Positions 9,258-19,222 are shown, counted from the first letter of the stretch. The stretch is 64,000 bases of DNA from Malacoraja senta (GCA_038087875.1 JAXLNO010000462.1:1-64000), one strand, 5' to 3'. Made by a program: numbers and translations. The notes: generated by a model from the letters alone, not told the origin.

Positions 9258-12200
9258 AATGGTTGGGGGGAGGGACTCAAATAGAGAATGCTATTAGACA
9301 GTGTGTGAGGCAGGAGGCAGAGAAGGAAAGCACTCAGACCCAACATGTAGGGGGGAAAGAAGAAAACAATAATAAACAGAGAATAAGAGGTGGTGGGGTT
9401 CTTAAATGGGTGAGCAGAGAAACAGAGGGGTGCAAAATGCGGGCGGAAGCAATAGGTAGCAAGGTGAAAAGTAAAAGTGGCAGGCAGGCAAATCCATGGC
9501 AAAAATCAAAAAGAGCCACGTTCCAACATAATTGTATAAGGGGTAAGAGCGTTGTAAAAACAAGCCTGAAGGCTTTGTGTCTCAATGCAAGGAGCATTCG
9601 TAATAAGGTCGATGAGTTGAACGTGCAGATAGCAATTAATGATTATGATATAGTTGGGATCACGGAGACATGGCTCCAGGGTGACCAAGGCTGGGAGCTG
9701 AACATCCAGGGATATTCAATATTCAGGAGGGATAGAGAGAAAGGAAAAGGAGGTGGGGTAGCGTTGCTGGTTAGAGAGGAGATTAACGCAGTGGAAAGGA
9801 AGGACATTAGCTTGGAGGATGTGGGATCGGTATGGGTAGAGCTACGAAATACTAAGGGGCAGAAAACGCTGGTGGGTGTTGTGTACAGGCCACCTAGCAG
9901 TAGTAGTGAAGTTGGGGATGGCATCAAACAGGAAATTAGAAATGCGTGCAACAAAGGCAAAACAGTTATAATGGGTGACTTCAATCTACATATAGATTGG
10001 GTGAATCAAATTGGCAGGGGTGCTGAGGAAGAGGATTTCTTGGAATGTATGAGGGATAGTTATCTAAACCAACATGTAGAGGAACCAACGAGAGAGCAGG
10101 CTATTCTAGACTGGGTATTGAGTAATGAGGAAGGGTTAGTTAGCAGACTTGTTGTGCGTGCCCCCTTGGGCAAGAGTGACCATAATATGGTTGAGTTCTT
10201 CATTAGGATGGAGAGTGACATTGTTAATTCAGAAACAACGGTTCTGAACTTAAAGAAATGTAACTTTGAGGATATGAGACGTGAATTGGCCAAGATTGAC
10301 TGGCAATTAGTTCTTAAAGGGTTGACGGTGGATATGCAATGGAAGGCATTTAAAGACTGCATGGATGAACTACAAAAAATGTTCATCCCAGTTTTGCAAA
10401 AGAATAAATCAGGGAAGGTAGTGTATCCGTGGATAACAAGGGAAATCAGGGATAGTATCAAAGCAAAAGATGTTGCGCACAAATTAGCCAGAAAAAGCAG
10501 CATACCAGAGGACTGGGAGAAATTCAGAGACCAGCAGAGGAGGACAAAGGGCTTAATTAGGAAAGGGAAAATAGATTATGAAAGGAAACTGGCAGGGAAC
10601 ATAAAAACTGACTGCAAAAGTTTTTATAGATATGTGAAGAGAAAGAGATTAGTTAAAACAAATGTAGGTCCCTTGCAGTCAGAAACAGGTGAATTGATCA
10701 TGGGGAACAAGGATATGGCGGACCAATTGAATAACTACTTTGGTTCCGTCTTCACTAAGGAAGACATAAATAATCTGCCGGAAATAGCAGGGGGCCGCGG
10801 GTCAAAGGAGATGGAGGAACTGAGTGAAATCCAGGTTAGTCGGGAAGTGGTGTTGGGTAAATTGAATGGATTAAAGGCCGATAAATCACCAGGGCCAGAT
10901 AGGCTGCATCCCAGAATACTTAAGGAAGTAGCTCCAGAAATAGTGGATGCATTAGTGATAATTTTTCAAAATTCTTTAGATTCTGGAGTAGTTCCTGAGG
11001 ATTGGAGGGTAGCAAACGTAACCCCACTTTTTAAGAAGGGAGGGAGAGAGAAAACGGGGAATTACAGACCAGTTAGTCTAACATCGGTAGTGGGGAAACT
11101 GCTAGAGTCAGTTATTAAAGATGGGATAGCAGCACATTTGGAAAGTGGTGAAATCATTGGACAAAGTCAGCATGGATTTACAAAAGGTAAATCGTGTCTG
11201 ACGAATCTTATAGAATTTTTCGAGGATGTAACTAGTAGAGTGGATAGGGGAGAACCAGTGGATGTGTTGTATCTGGACTTTCAGAAGGCTTTCGACAAGG
11301 TACCACATAAGAGATTAGGATACAAGCTTAAATCACACGGTATTGGGGGTTCAGTATTGATGTGGATAGAGAACTGGCTGGCAAACAGGAAACAAAGAGT
11401 AGGAGTAAACGGGTCCTTTTCACAATGGCAGGCAGTGACTAGTGGGGTACCGCAAGGCTCAGTGCTGGGACCCCAGCTATTTACAATTTATATTAATGAT
11501 CTGGACGAGGGAATTGAAAGCAACATCTCCAAGTTTGCGGATGACACGAAGCTGGGGGGCAGTGTTAGCTGTGAGGAGGATGCTAGGAGACTGCAAGGTG
11601 ACTTGGATAGGCTGGGGGAGTGGGCAAATGTTTGGCAGATGCAGTATAATGTGGATAAATGTGAGGTTATCCACTTTGGTGGCAAAAACGGGAAGGCAGA
11701 CTATTATCTAAATGGTGGCCGATTAGGAAATGGGGAGGTGCAGCGAGACCTGGGTGTCATGGTACACCAGTCATTGAAAGTAGGCATGCAGGTGCAGCAG
11801 GCAGTGAAGAAAGCGAATGGTATGTTGGCCTTCATAGCAAGAGGATTTGAGTATAGGAACAGGGAGGTTCTACTGCAGTTGTACAGGGTCTTGGTGAGAC
11901 CACACCTGGAGTATTGCGTACAGTTTTGGTCTCCAAATCTGAGGAAGGACATTATAGCCATAGATGGAGTGCAGAGAAGGTTCACCAGACTGATTCCTGG
12001 GATGTCAGGACTTTCATATGAAGAAAGACTGGATAGACTTGGCTTATACTCGCTAGGATTTAGGAGATTGAGAGGGGATCTTATAGAAACGTACAAAATT
12101 CTTATGGGGTTGGACAGGCTAGATGCAGGAAGATTGTTCCCGATGTTGGGGAAGTCCAGGACAAGGGGTCACAGCTTAAGGATAAGGGGGAAATCCTTTA

Positions 12201-12274
12201 AGACCGAGATGAGGAAAAACTTTTTCACACAGAGTGGTGAATCTCTGGAACTCTCTGCCACAGAGGGTAGTTGA
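9248..12274 (+). CDS. CR1 ORF2p: APE endonuclease and reverse transcriptase (open except for a small frameshift near 12230)
   Basis: NARS, TETW, GDFN and SDH endonuclease motifs; YLDFQKAFD, GVPQGS and FADD RT motifs. The frame is -1 relative to ORF1 and the first in-frame ATG is at 9437. Confidence 0.93.
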   Translation, partial: FKLEWLGGGTQIENAIRQCVRQEAEKESTQTQHVGGKEENNNKQRIRGGGVLKWVSRETEGCKMRAEAIGSKVKSKSGRQANPWQKSKRATFQHNCIRGKSVVKTSLKALCLNARSIRNKVDELNVQIAINDYDIVGITETWLQGDQGWELNIQGYSIFRRDREKGKGGGVALLVREEINAVERKDISLEDVGSVWVELRNTKGQKTLVGVVYRPPSSSSEVGDGIKQEIRNACNKGKTVIMGDFNLHIDWVNQIGRGAEEEDFLECMRDSYLNQHVEEPTREQAILDWVLSNEEGLVSRLVVRAPLGKSDHNMVEFFIRMESDIVNSETTVLNLKKCNFEDMRRELAKIDWQLVLKGLTVDMQWKAFKDCMDELQKMFIPVLQKNKSGKVVYPWITREIRDSIKAKDVAHKLARKSSIPEDWEKFRDQQRRTKGLIRKGKIDYERKLAGNIKTDCKSFYRYVKRKRLVKTNVGPLQSETGELIMGNKDMADQLNNYFGSVFTKEDINNLPEIAGGRGSKEMEELSEIQVSREVVLGKLNGLKADKSPGPDRLHPRILKEVAPEIVDALVIIFQNSLDSGVVPEDWRVANVTPLFKKGGREKTGNYRPVSLTSVVGKLLESVIKDGIAAHLESGEIIGQSQHGFTKGKSCLTNLIEFFEDVTSRVDRGEPVDVLYLDFQKAFDKVPHKRLGYKLKSHGIGGSVLMWIENWLANRKQRVGVNGSFSQWQAVTSGVPQGSVLGPQLFTIYINDLDEGIESNISKFADDTKLGGSVSCEEDARRLQGDLDRLGEWANVWQMQYNVDKCEVIHFGGKNGKADYYLNGGRLGNGEVQRDLGVMVHQSLKVGMQVQQAVKKANGMLAFIARGFEYRNREVLLQLYRVLVRPHLEYCVQFWSPNLRKDIIAIDGVQRRFTRLIPGMSGLSYEERLDRLGLYSLGFRRLRGDLIETYKILMGLDRLDAGRLFPMLGKSRTRGHSLRIRGKSFKTEMRKNFFTQSGESLELSATEGS

Positions 12275-12471
12275 CGCCAGTTCATTGGCTATATTTAAGA
12301 GGGAGTTAGATGTGGCCCTTGTGGCTAAAGGGATCAGGGGGTATGGAGAGAAGGCAGGTACGGGATACTGAGTTGGATGATCAGCCATGATCATATTGAA
12401 TGGCGGTGCAGGCTCGAAGGGCCGAATGGCCTACTCCTGCACCTATTTTCTATGTATCTACGTATCTATGT

Positions 12472-12660
12472 AACCAGGTGTTCAAACCGGGAACTTAAAG
12501 TGTTCACCTGTGAGCCGATGTCCGCCTGGAACCCCTGCTGACGCTCGCTGAGATCCCGGAACCCGGCGAAGATCGAGGTGAGTTGACCCTCGTAATGCGA
12601 GATGTGCTCCTCTTGCTTATGGAGCGCTGCACGGAAAAGATCAGAGCCCGCTGAGTCCAT
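12472..12660 (-). pseudogene. Gag N-terminus
   Basis: ATG at 12660 (MDSAGSDLFRAAL...) lies 17 nt after the 5' LTR and joins 7169 in frame once the CR1 is removed. Confidence 0.85.
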
Positions 12661-12665
12661 TGTTG

Positions 12666-12677
12666 GCCAGTTCGTAA
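12666..12677 (-). promoter_or_regulatory. Primer-binding site of self-priming type
   Basis: Minus strand TTACGAACTGGC directly follows the LTR. It has no TGG start and is complementary to GCCAGTTCGT inside the LTR. Confidence 0.75.
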
Positions 12678-13138
12678 TATCAGAACTGAACGAGGAGGAG
12701 GACTCAAATGCAGGCTCAGACACAGGGCAGATCAGTTTTCAGAGTTTAATCGGTCCAAGTCGGTACACAGGTAAGCAAAAACGGAGGCAACAGTACAATC
12801 TAGGAGCAGGCAAAAACAGTGGTCGGAAACAGGCACTGGTCGAGATAACAAGGTCAAAAGATTTCCAGAGCTGGCACGAGGTGATACAAAGTAACATACA
12901 CAACGAACTGGAAATGAGAACTAAAACACAAAGGGCTTAAATACACAGCCTAACAGGGGATAACGAGACACAGGTGAAACGCATCAGGGCGGGGCCAACA
13001 ATCACACGCGGGGAAACGTCATGACAGGAAATGGGACCTGAAACGAGAGGAGATGAGACACCAAAATAAAACAAGAATGCAACCAATAATAATAAAAACA
13101 ATAAGAAACAGAAACTAGATCAAACGTGAGACCTGACA
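12678..13138 (-). repeat. 5' LTR of the chromovirus
   Basis: Repeat of 2451-2906, with a TATTTAA box on the minus strand at ~12937-12943. Confidence 0.95.
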
Positions 13139-13143
13139 AACAT

Positions 13144-14183
13144 CGGTAGTGGGGGAAATGTTAGAGTCAGTTATTAAAGATGGGATAGCATCACATTTGG
13201 AAAGTGGTGAATTCATTGGACAAAGTCAGCATGGATGTATGAAAGGTAAATCATGTCTGACGAATCTTATAGAATTTTTCGAGGATGTAACTAGTAGAGT
13301 GGATAAGGGAGAACCAGTGGATGTGTTATATCTGGACTTTCAAAAGGCTTTCGACAAGATCCCACCTAAGAGATTAGTATGCAAACTTAAAGCACACGGT
13401 ATTGGGTGTTCAGTATTGATGTGGATAGAGAACTGGCTGGCAGACAGGAAGCAAAGAGTAGGAGTAAACGTGTCTTTTTTCAGAATGGCAGCCAGTGACT
13501 AGTGGGGTACCGCAAGGCTCGGTGCTGGTACCCCAGCTATTTACAATATATATCCACTTTGGTGGCAAGAACAGAAAAGTAGACTATTATCTGAATGGTG
13601 GCCGATTAGGATAAGGGGAGATGCAACGAGACCTGGGTGTCATTGCACACCAGTCATTGAAAGTAGGCATGCAGGTGCAGCAAGCAGTGAAGAAAGTGAA
13701 TGGTATGTTGGCATTCATAGCAAATGGATTTGAGTATAGGAGCAGGGAGGTTCTACTGCAGTTGTACAGGGCCTTGGTGAGACCACACCTGGAGTATTGC
13801 GTACAGTTTTGGTCTCCTAATCTGAGGAAAGACGTTCTTGCCATAGAGGGAGTACAGAGAAGGTTCGCCAGACTGATTCCTGGGATGGCAGGACTTTCAT
13901 ATGAAGAAAGACTGGATAGACTCGGCTTGTACTCGCTAGTATTTAGAAGATTGAGGGGGGATCTTATAGAAACATACAACATTCTTAAGGGGTTGGACAA
14001 GGGGTCACAGTTTAAGGATAAGGGTAAAGATGAGAAAAACATTTTTCACACAGAGAGTGGTGAATCTCTGGAATCTCTGCCACAGAAGGTAGTTGAGGCC
14101 AGTTCATTGGCTATATTTAAGAGGGAGTTAGATGTGGCCCTTGTGGCTAAAGGGATCAGGGGGTATGGAGAGAAGGCAGGTAC
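13144..14183 (+). mobile_element. Host CR1 continuation (RT part, internally deleted)
   Basis: YLDFQKAFD and RPHLEYC motifs; deletions near 13552 and 14000 relative to the 7176-12471 copy. Confidence 0.9.
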
Positions 14184-16048
14184 GCCCTTAGTACTTCTAG
14201 GGCCAACTTGAACCGGGGCGTGAGAACAGCCAAGCGTTTCTATGGACAGAAAATTCAAGCACACTTCACAGACACTAAGGACCCCTAGCGCCTGTGGCAA
14301 GGCATTCAGTCTGTCACCGGCTACAGGCCAACACCCCCACCGTGCGAGGACAACACAGACTTCCTCAACACACTTAACACCTTCTTCAACCGGTTTGAGG
14401 AAGACAACAGCACCACACCAACAAAAGCCCCTCCCGGCCCAGACCATGAAACACTTCACCTGGACCCAGCTGATGTGCGGAGGACCCTACACAAGGTGAA
14501 CCCCAGAAAAGCTGCAGGTCCTGACAACATACCGGGGCGTGTGCTCAGAGACTGTGCTGACCAACTCACAGATGTTCTCACGGACATCTACAGCACCTCT
14601 CTGAGCCAAGCCATCATACCAGCATGCTTCAAAGCCACCACCATCATACCGCTACCCAAGAAATCCCCAGCCTCAACACTGAACGACTACCGGCCCATAG
14701 CACTCACGTCCATCATGATGAAGTGCTTTGAAAGGTTGGTCAAGGCCCACATAACATCCAGTCTCCCCTCTACACTTGACCCATTCCAGTTTGCATATCG
14801 TCCCAACCGTTCCACTGATGATGCCATAGCAACAGCACTCCACCTAAGACTGGCTCATCTGGAATACAATAACAGTTACGTGCGGTTGCTGTTCATCGAT
14901 TTCAGCTCCGCCTTCAACACAGTCATCCCCCAACACCTGGTGAATAAACTCGGCGAAATAGGCATCAGCACCCCACTATGCAACTGGTTACTGGACTTCC
15001 TCACCGACAGACCACAGACAGTAAGAGTTGGCAAAAACTCATCAGAGACCACCATCATGAACACCGGGGTCCCACAGGGATGTGTGCTGAGCCCTCTGTT
15101 GTTCACGCTGATGACACATGACTGTTGTGCCAAACATAACTCGAACCACATCATCAAGTTTGCAGATGACACAACAGTGGTGGGCCTCATCAGCCACGAT
15201 GACGACTCAGCCTACAGAGAGGAGGTACAACAACTCATCAACTGGTGTGACATCAATAACCTTCAACTCAATGTCAATAAAACAAAAGAAATAACTGTGG
15301 ACTTCAGGGAGAAACAGACAGCACACACCCCACTCACCATAGATGGCAGTGCAGTGGAGTCTGTGAAAAGCACCAAGTTCCTGGTACACATCACAGATGA
15401 TCAGACATCGTCCACCAACACCATCTCCCTAGTCAAGAAAGCACAGCAACGCCTCCACTTCCTTCGACGGATGAGGAGAGCCCACCTCCCCCCTTCTGCC
15501 CTCACCACTTTTTACAGGGGTGCCATTGAGAGCATTCTTACCAGCAGTATCTCAGTCTGGTATGGCAGTTGCTCTGCAGCTGACCAGAAGGCCATACAGA
15601 GAGTGGTGAGGACAGCGGAGAAGATCACTAGATCACCCCAACCAGCAAACCAGGACTTATACCCATCTCGCTGTCGCAAGAGAGCAACCAATATCATCAA
15701 AGACACCACCCACCTAGCACACAAACTGTTCACCCTCCTACCATCCGGCAAGCGCTACCGCAGCATGCGGAGCAAATCCACCAGATTCAAAAACAGCTTT
15801 TTCCCTCAGGCCATCAGACTACTCAACACACTCAAGAAAATTCCATCCTCAAAATTTTACTACACTCTGGCACACTGTGAATATTTTATATAATATATAT
15901 GTCCATTGTCTATCTTTATTGGTATATTCTCTGTCTGTGTTATAAATATTACTTGCACATTGGAGTATGGGGAAACGCAATTTCAATCCTCTATGTAACT
16001 ACTTGTTGCATTATTTGAATTGACAATAAAGTTTACTTTACTTTACAT
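14184..16048 (+). mobile_element. Rex1/Babar-clade LINE, 5'-truncated
   Basis: RT ORF, AATAAA and a (CTTTA)n tail at 16031-16046; flanked by GTAC (14180-14183 and 16049-16052) within the CR1 3' end. Confidence 0.88.
14475..15893 (+). pseudogene. Rex1-type reverse transcriptase (N-terminally truncated)
   Basis: KAAGPD, LNDYRPIALT, QFAYR, DFSSAFNT, PQGCVLSP, KFADDTT and SFFPQAIRLLN motifs. Confidence 0.9.
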
Positions 16049-16052
16049 GTAC

Positions 16053-16158
16053 AGGAAACTGAGTTGGATGATCAGCCATGATCATATTGAATGGCGGTGC
16101 AGGCTCGAAGGGCCGAATGGCCTACTCCTGCACCTATTTTCTATGTTTCTATGTTTCT
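16053..16158 (+). mobile_element. Host CR1 3' UTR and (TTTCTATG)n tail
   Basis: Near-identical to 12363-12455; ends in octamer repeats. Confidence 0.9.
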
Positions 16159-16172
16159 AAGTCACCGGGTAT

Positions 16173-16471
16173 TGTTTAGATTTTAGAGATACTGCGCGGA
16201 AACAGGCCCTTCGGCCCAACGAATCATCGCCGACCAGTGATCACCCCGTACACTAGCTCCATCCTACAGACATTGGGGACACTTTTACAGAAGCCAATTA
16301 ACCTACAAACGAGCAGGTCTTTGGAATGTGGAAGGAAACCGGAGCACCCGGAGAAAACCCACGCAGGTCACGGGGAGCATGTGCAAACTCCGTACAGACA
16401 GCACCCGTGTTCAGGATGGAACCCGGGTCACTGGCGCTGTGAGGCAGCAACTCTACCGCTGCGCCACTGTG
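16173..16471 (-). mobile_element. tRNA-derived V-SINE (HE1-like)
   Basis: Minus strand has A box TGGCGCAGCGG, B box GGTTCCATCC, a V-domain (TGCGTGGGTTTTCTCCGGGTGCTCCGGTTTCC) and a CR1-like tail GGGCCGAAGGGCCTGTTTCC. Confidence 0.85.
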
Positions 16472-16683
16472 TATTTTTGCTATCTATCAATTCATTTATT
16501 ACTCACACCAGCAGAGTTGTGCACAAATAGTTCGCATTAATAATGTCAATCTGAGGGGTAACTTTACCACACAGGGTGGTGGATGTATGGAATGAGCTGC
16601 CAGAGGAGGTAGTTGAGGCAGGGACTATCACAATGTTTAAAAGACACTTGGACAGGTACATGGACAGGACATGTTTGTAGGGA

Positions 16684-17037
16684 GACAAAAGGGGAGGAGA
16701 CAGCAAGGGCTACCGGAAATTGGTGAATTCAATTTTCATGCCACTGCACCCTCGTGGCACAAACATTGAATTCGCCAATTTCCGGTAGCCCTTGCTGTCT
16801 CCGCTCCTTCTCAGCTCTCCCTCAACCCTCGGGCTCCACCTCTTCCTTTTTCCTTTCTTCTCCCCATTCCTCCCCCCTCCCCCGCCCGCCCACCCTACAT
16901 CAGTCTGAAGAAGGGTTTTGGCCCGAAACGTTGCCTGTTTCCTTTGCTCCTTAGATGCTGCTGCACCTGCTGAGTTTCTCCAGCACTTTTGTCTACCTTC
17001 GATTTTCCAGCATCTGCAGTTCCTTCTTAAATAAAAA
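16684..17037 (+). mobile_element. Penelope-like element terminal fragment with a fold-back 5' end
   Basis: 13-bp TSD ATGTTTGTAGGGA (16671-16683 and 17038-17050), 38-bp inverted repeat (16696-16733 / 16765-16802) and a hammerhead-like core. Confidence 0.7.
16901..16937 (+). ncRNA. Minimal type I hammerhead ribozyme-like motif
   Basis: CUGAAGA-A-GGG(UUUUGG)CCC-GAAA-CGUU; stem I is weak. Confidence 0.5.
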
Positions 17038-17069
17038 ATGTTTGTAGGGATATGGGCCAAACGCCGGCA

Positions 17070-17985
17070 GGTGGGAATTGTGTAGATGGGGTATGTTGGT
17101 CGGGGTGAGACTAGTGAAGATGGGACATGTTGGTCGGGGTGCGACTAGTGTAGATCGGGCATGTTGGTCGGGGTGGGACCAGAGTAGATGGGACATGTTG
17201 GTCGGGGTGGGACTAGTGTAGATGGGGCATGTTGGTCGGGGTGGGACTAGTGTGGATGGGGCATGTTGGTCGGGGTGGGACTAGTATAGATCGGGCATGT
17301 TGGTCGGGGTGGGACCAGTGTAGATGGGGCAAGTTGGTCGAGGTGAGCAGGTGGGACTAGTGTAGATGGGGCATGTTGGTCGGGGTGGGACTAGTGTAGA
17401 TGGGGCATTTAGTTGGTGTGGGACTAGTGTAGACGGGGCATGTTGGTCGGGGTGGGACTAGTGTAGATGGGGCATGTTGGTCGGGGTGGGACTAGTGTAG
17501 ATGGGGCATACTGGTCGGGGTGGGACTAGTGTAGATCGGGCATGTTGGTCGGGGTGGGACCAGAGTAGATGGGACATGTTGGTCGGGGTGGGACTAGTGT
17601 AGATGGGGCATGTTGGTCGGGGTGGGACTAGTGTGGATGGGGCATGTTGGTCGGGGTGGGACTAGTGTGGATGGGGCATGTTGGTCGGGGTGGGACTAGT
17701 GTAGATGGGGCATGTTTGTCGGTGTGGGCAGGTGGGACTAGTATAGATCGGGCATGTTGGTCGGGGTGGGACCAGTGTAGATGGGGCAAGTTGGTCGAGG
17801 TGAGCAGGTGGGACTAGTGTAGATGGGGCATGTTGGTCGGGGTGGGACTAGTGTAGATGGGGCATTTAGTTGGTGTGGGACTAGTGTAGACGGGGCATGT
17901 TGGTCGGGGTGGGACTAGTGTAGATGGGGCATGTTGGTCGGGGTGGGACTAGTGTAGATGGGGCATACTGGTCGGGGTGGGCAAG
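17070..17985 (+). repeat. 34-bp minisatellite GTGGGACTAGTGTAGATGGGGCATGTTGGTCGGG (~26 copies)
   Basis: Clear 34-bp periodicity with recurring variant blocks. Confidence 0.95.
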
Positions 17986-18504
17986 TTTGGACAAAGCAAG
18001 GGCCTGTTTCCATGCTGGGCTGTTTCTATGCCTGTTTCCATACTGTGACACTATGAACTTCCAAGAGTAACATTCTCCTTTCTCTGGGTCATTCATTGTT
18101 AATAAAGTAAGTTTAATTTTCCTGTTTAAATGTCCACAGTAAAGTATAGTCAGAAGTGAGCCCACCTGCTTCAGCCATGATGAATTAACAAATCATCACT
18201 ATTCACTTCTCAGACGTTAGAATTGGTCAGAACATTCCCTCCAGCGTGACCCTTGATACCAATGTCCCTCGGGGTCATGACCTTGCCACCCACAACTTGT
18301 GGCCAGATCTCAGGCCAATCGGATCCAGACGTCCGTCCACTGGTCAGAACATTATTTCAGCCACATGAGAAGCAAAGATGAGATAGAATATGGGAAAGAC
18401 ATTGAGAACCTTCTGTCCTGAAGGGCCGAATGGCCTAGTCCTGCACCTATTGTCAGGATAACAATCCATCCCTCAACATCAGCACGACAAAGGAGTTAGC
18501 GTGT

Positions 18505-18985
18505 CCAAGAATGATCCCAGGAATGAGTGGGTTAACGTACGATGGGCGTTTGTCGGCACTGGGCCTGTACTTGCTGGAGTTTAGAATATTGGGGGGAGGG
18601 GGGGACCTCATTGAAACTTCACCGAACAATGAAAGGCTTGGATAGAGTGGATGTGGAGAGGATGTTTCCACTAGTGGGAGAGTCTAGGACCAGAGGGCAG
18701 AGCCTCAGAATTAAAGGATGTTCCTTTAGGAAGGAAATGAGGAGGAATTTATTTAGTCAGAGGGTGGTGAATCTGTGGGATTCGGTGCCACAGATGGTGG
18801 TGAGGCCACAAGTCAGTTGATATATTTAAGGCAGACATAGATAAATTGTTGTTTAGGGCGGATGTCAGGGATTATGGGGAGAAGGCAGGAGAATGGGGTT
18901 AGGAGTGAGAGATAGATCAGCCATGATTGAATGGTGGGGTAGACTCGATGGGCCGAATGGCCTAATTCTGAGTCTGTGTGTTATG
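18505..18985 (+). mobile_element. CR1 3' fragment
   Basis: GLDRVDVERMFPLVGESRTRG...FSQRVVNLW followed by a 3' UTR with GGGCCGAATGGCCT. Confidence 0.85.
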
Positions 18986-19222
18986 GTCTTCTCTGACTTA
19001 AGGAAATGCAAGCAGCCACTTTATGCAAAGAGCAACAAGTCGGAGGGCAATTATTGTCCGCAGACAACTACTGCCCCTGGTGGATATCATGATGTGTGCA
19101 ACAAACATTGATTGACCACTGGTGGGCGAAGGGTTAATGTGGTAATTGGCTTGATTGAAGTTGGTTAGAAAATTGTCAGCTGCTGTGTATAAAAGGGGGA
19201 GTTGTGGGAGTGTCTGAGTGCG

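Larger units (their letters stand above)
7176..12471 (+). mobile_element. Full-length CR1 LINE inserted in chromovirus gag
   Basis: TSD AACCAG (7170-7175 and 12472-12477); removing the insert restores gag RFEHLVARLDSFF. Contains a 5' UTR, ORF1, ORF2, 3' UTR and an octamer tail (TTCTATGT ATCTACGT ATCTATGT). Confidence 0.95.
2451..13138 (-). mobile_element. Ty3/Gypsy chromovirus, Tf1/sushi group LTR retrotransposon
   Basis: Two ~460-bp LTRs, 5-bp TSD AACAT (2446-2450 and 13139-13143), PPT, and gag-PR-RT-RH-IN-chromodomain order on the minus strand. Confidence 0.96.
16550..18055 (+). mobile_element. CR1-type LINE 3' fragment, interrupted by a Penelope-like insert and a minisatellite expansion
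   Basis: GTGGTGGATGTATGGAATGAGCTGCCAGAGG ORF2 end; 3' UTR ends AAGGGCCTGTTTCCATGCTG. Confidence 0.7.

Noticed and set aside
16410..16471. tRNA genes (also 26660-26731)
   Set aside because: The A/B boxes belong to SINE heads followed by V or CORE domains and LINE-like tails.
18210..18500. Possible decayed Rex1-like RT fragment
   Set aside because: Only faint resemblance to 15020-15300; too degraded to support.
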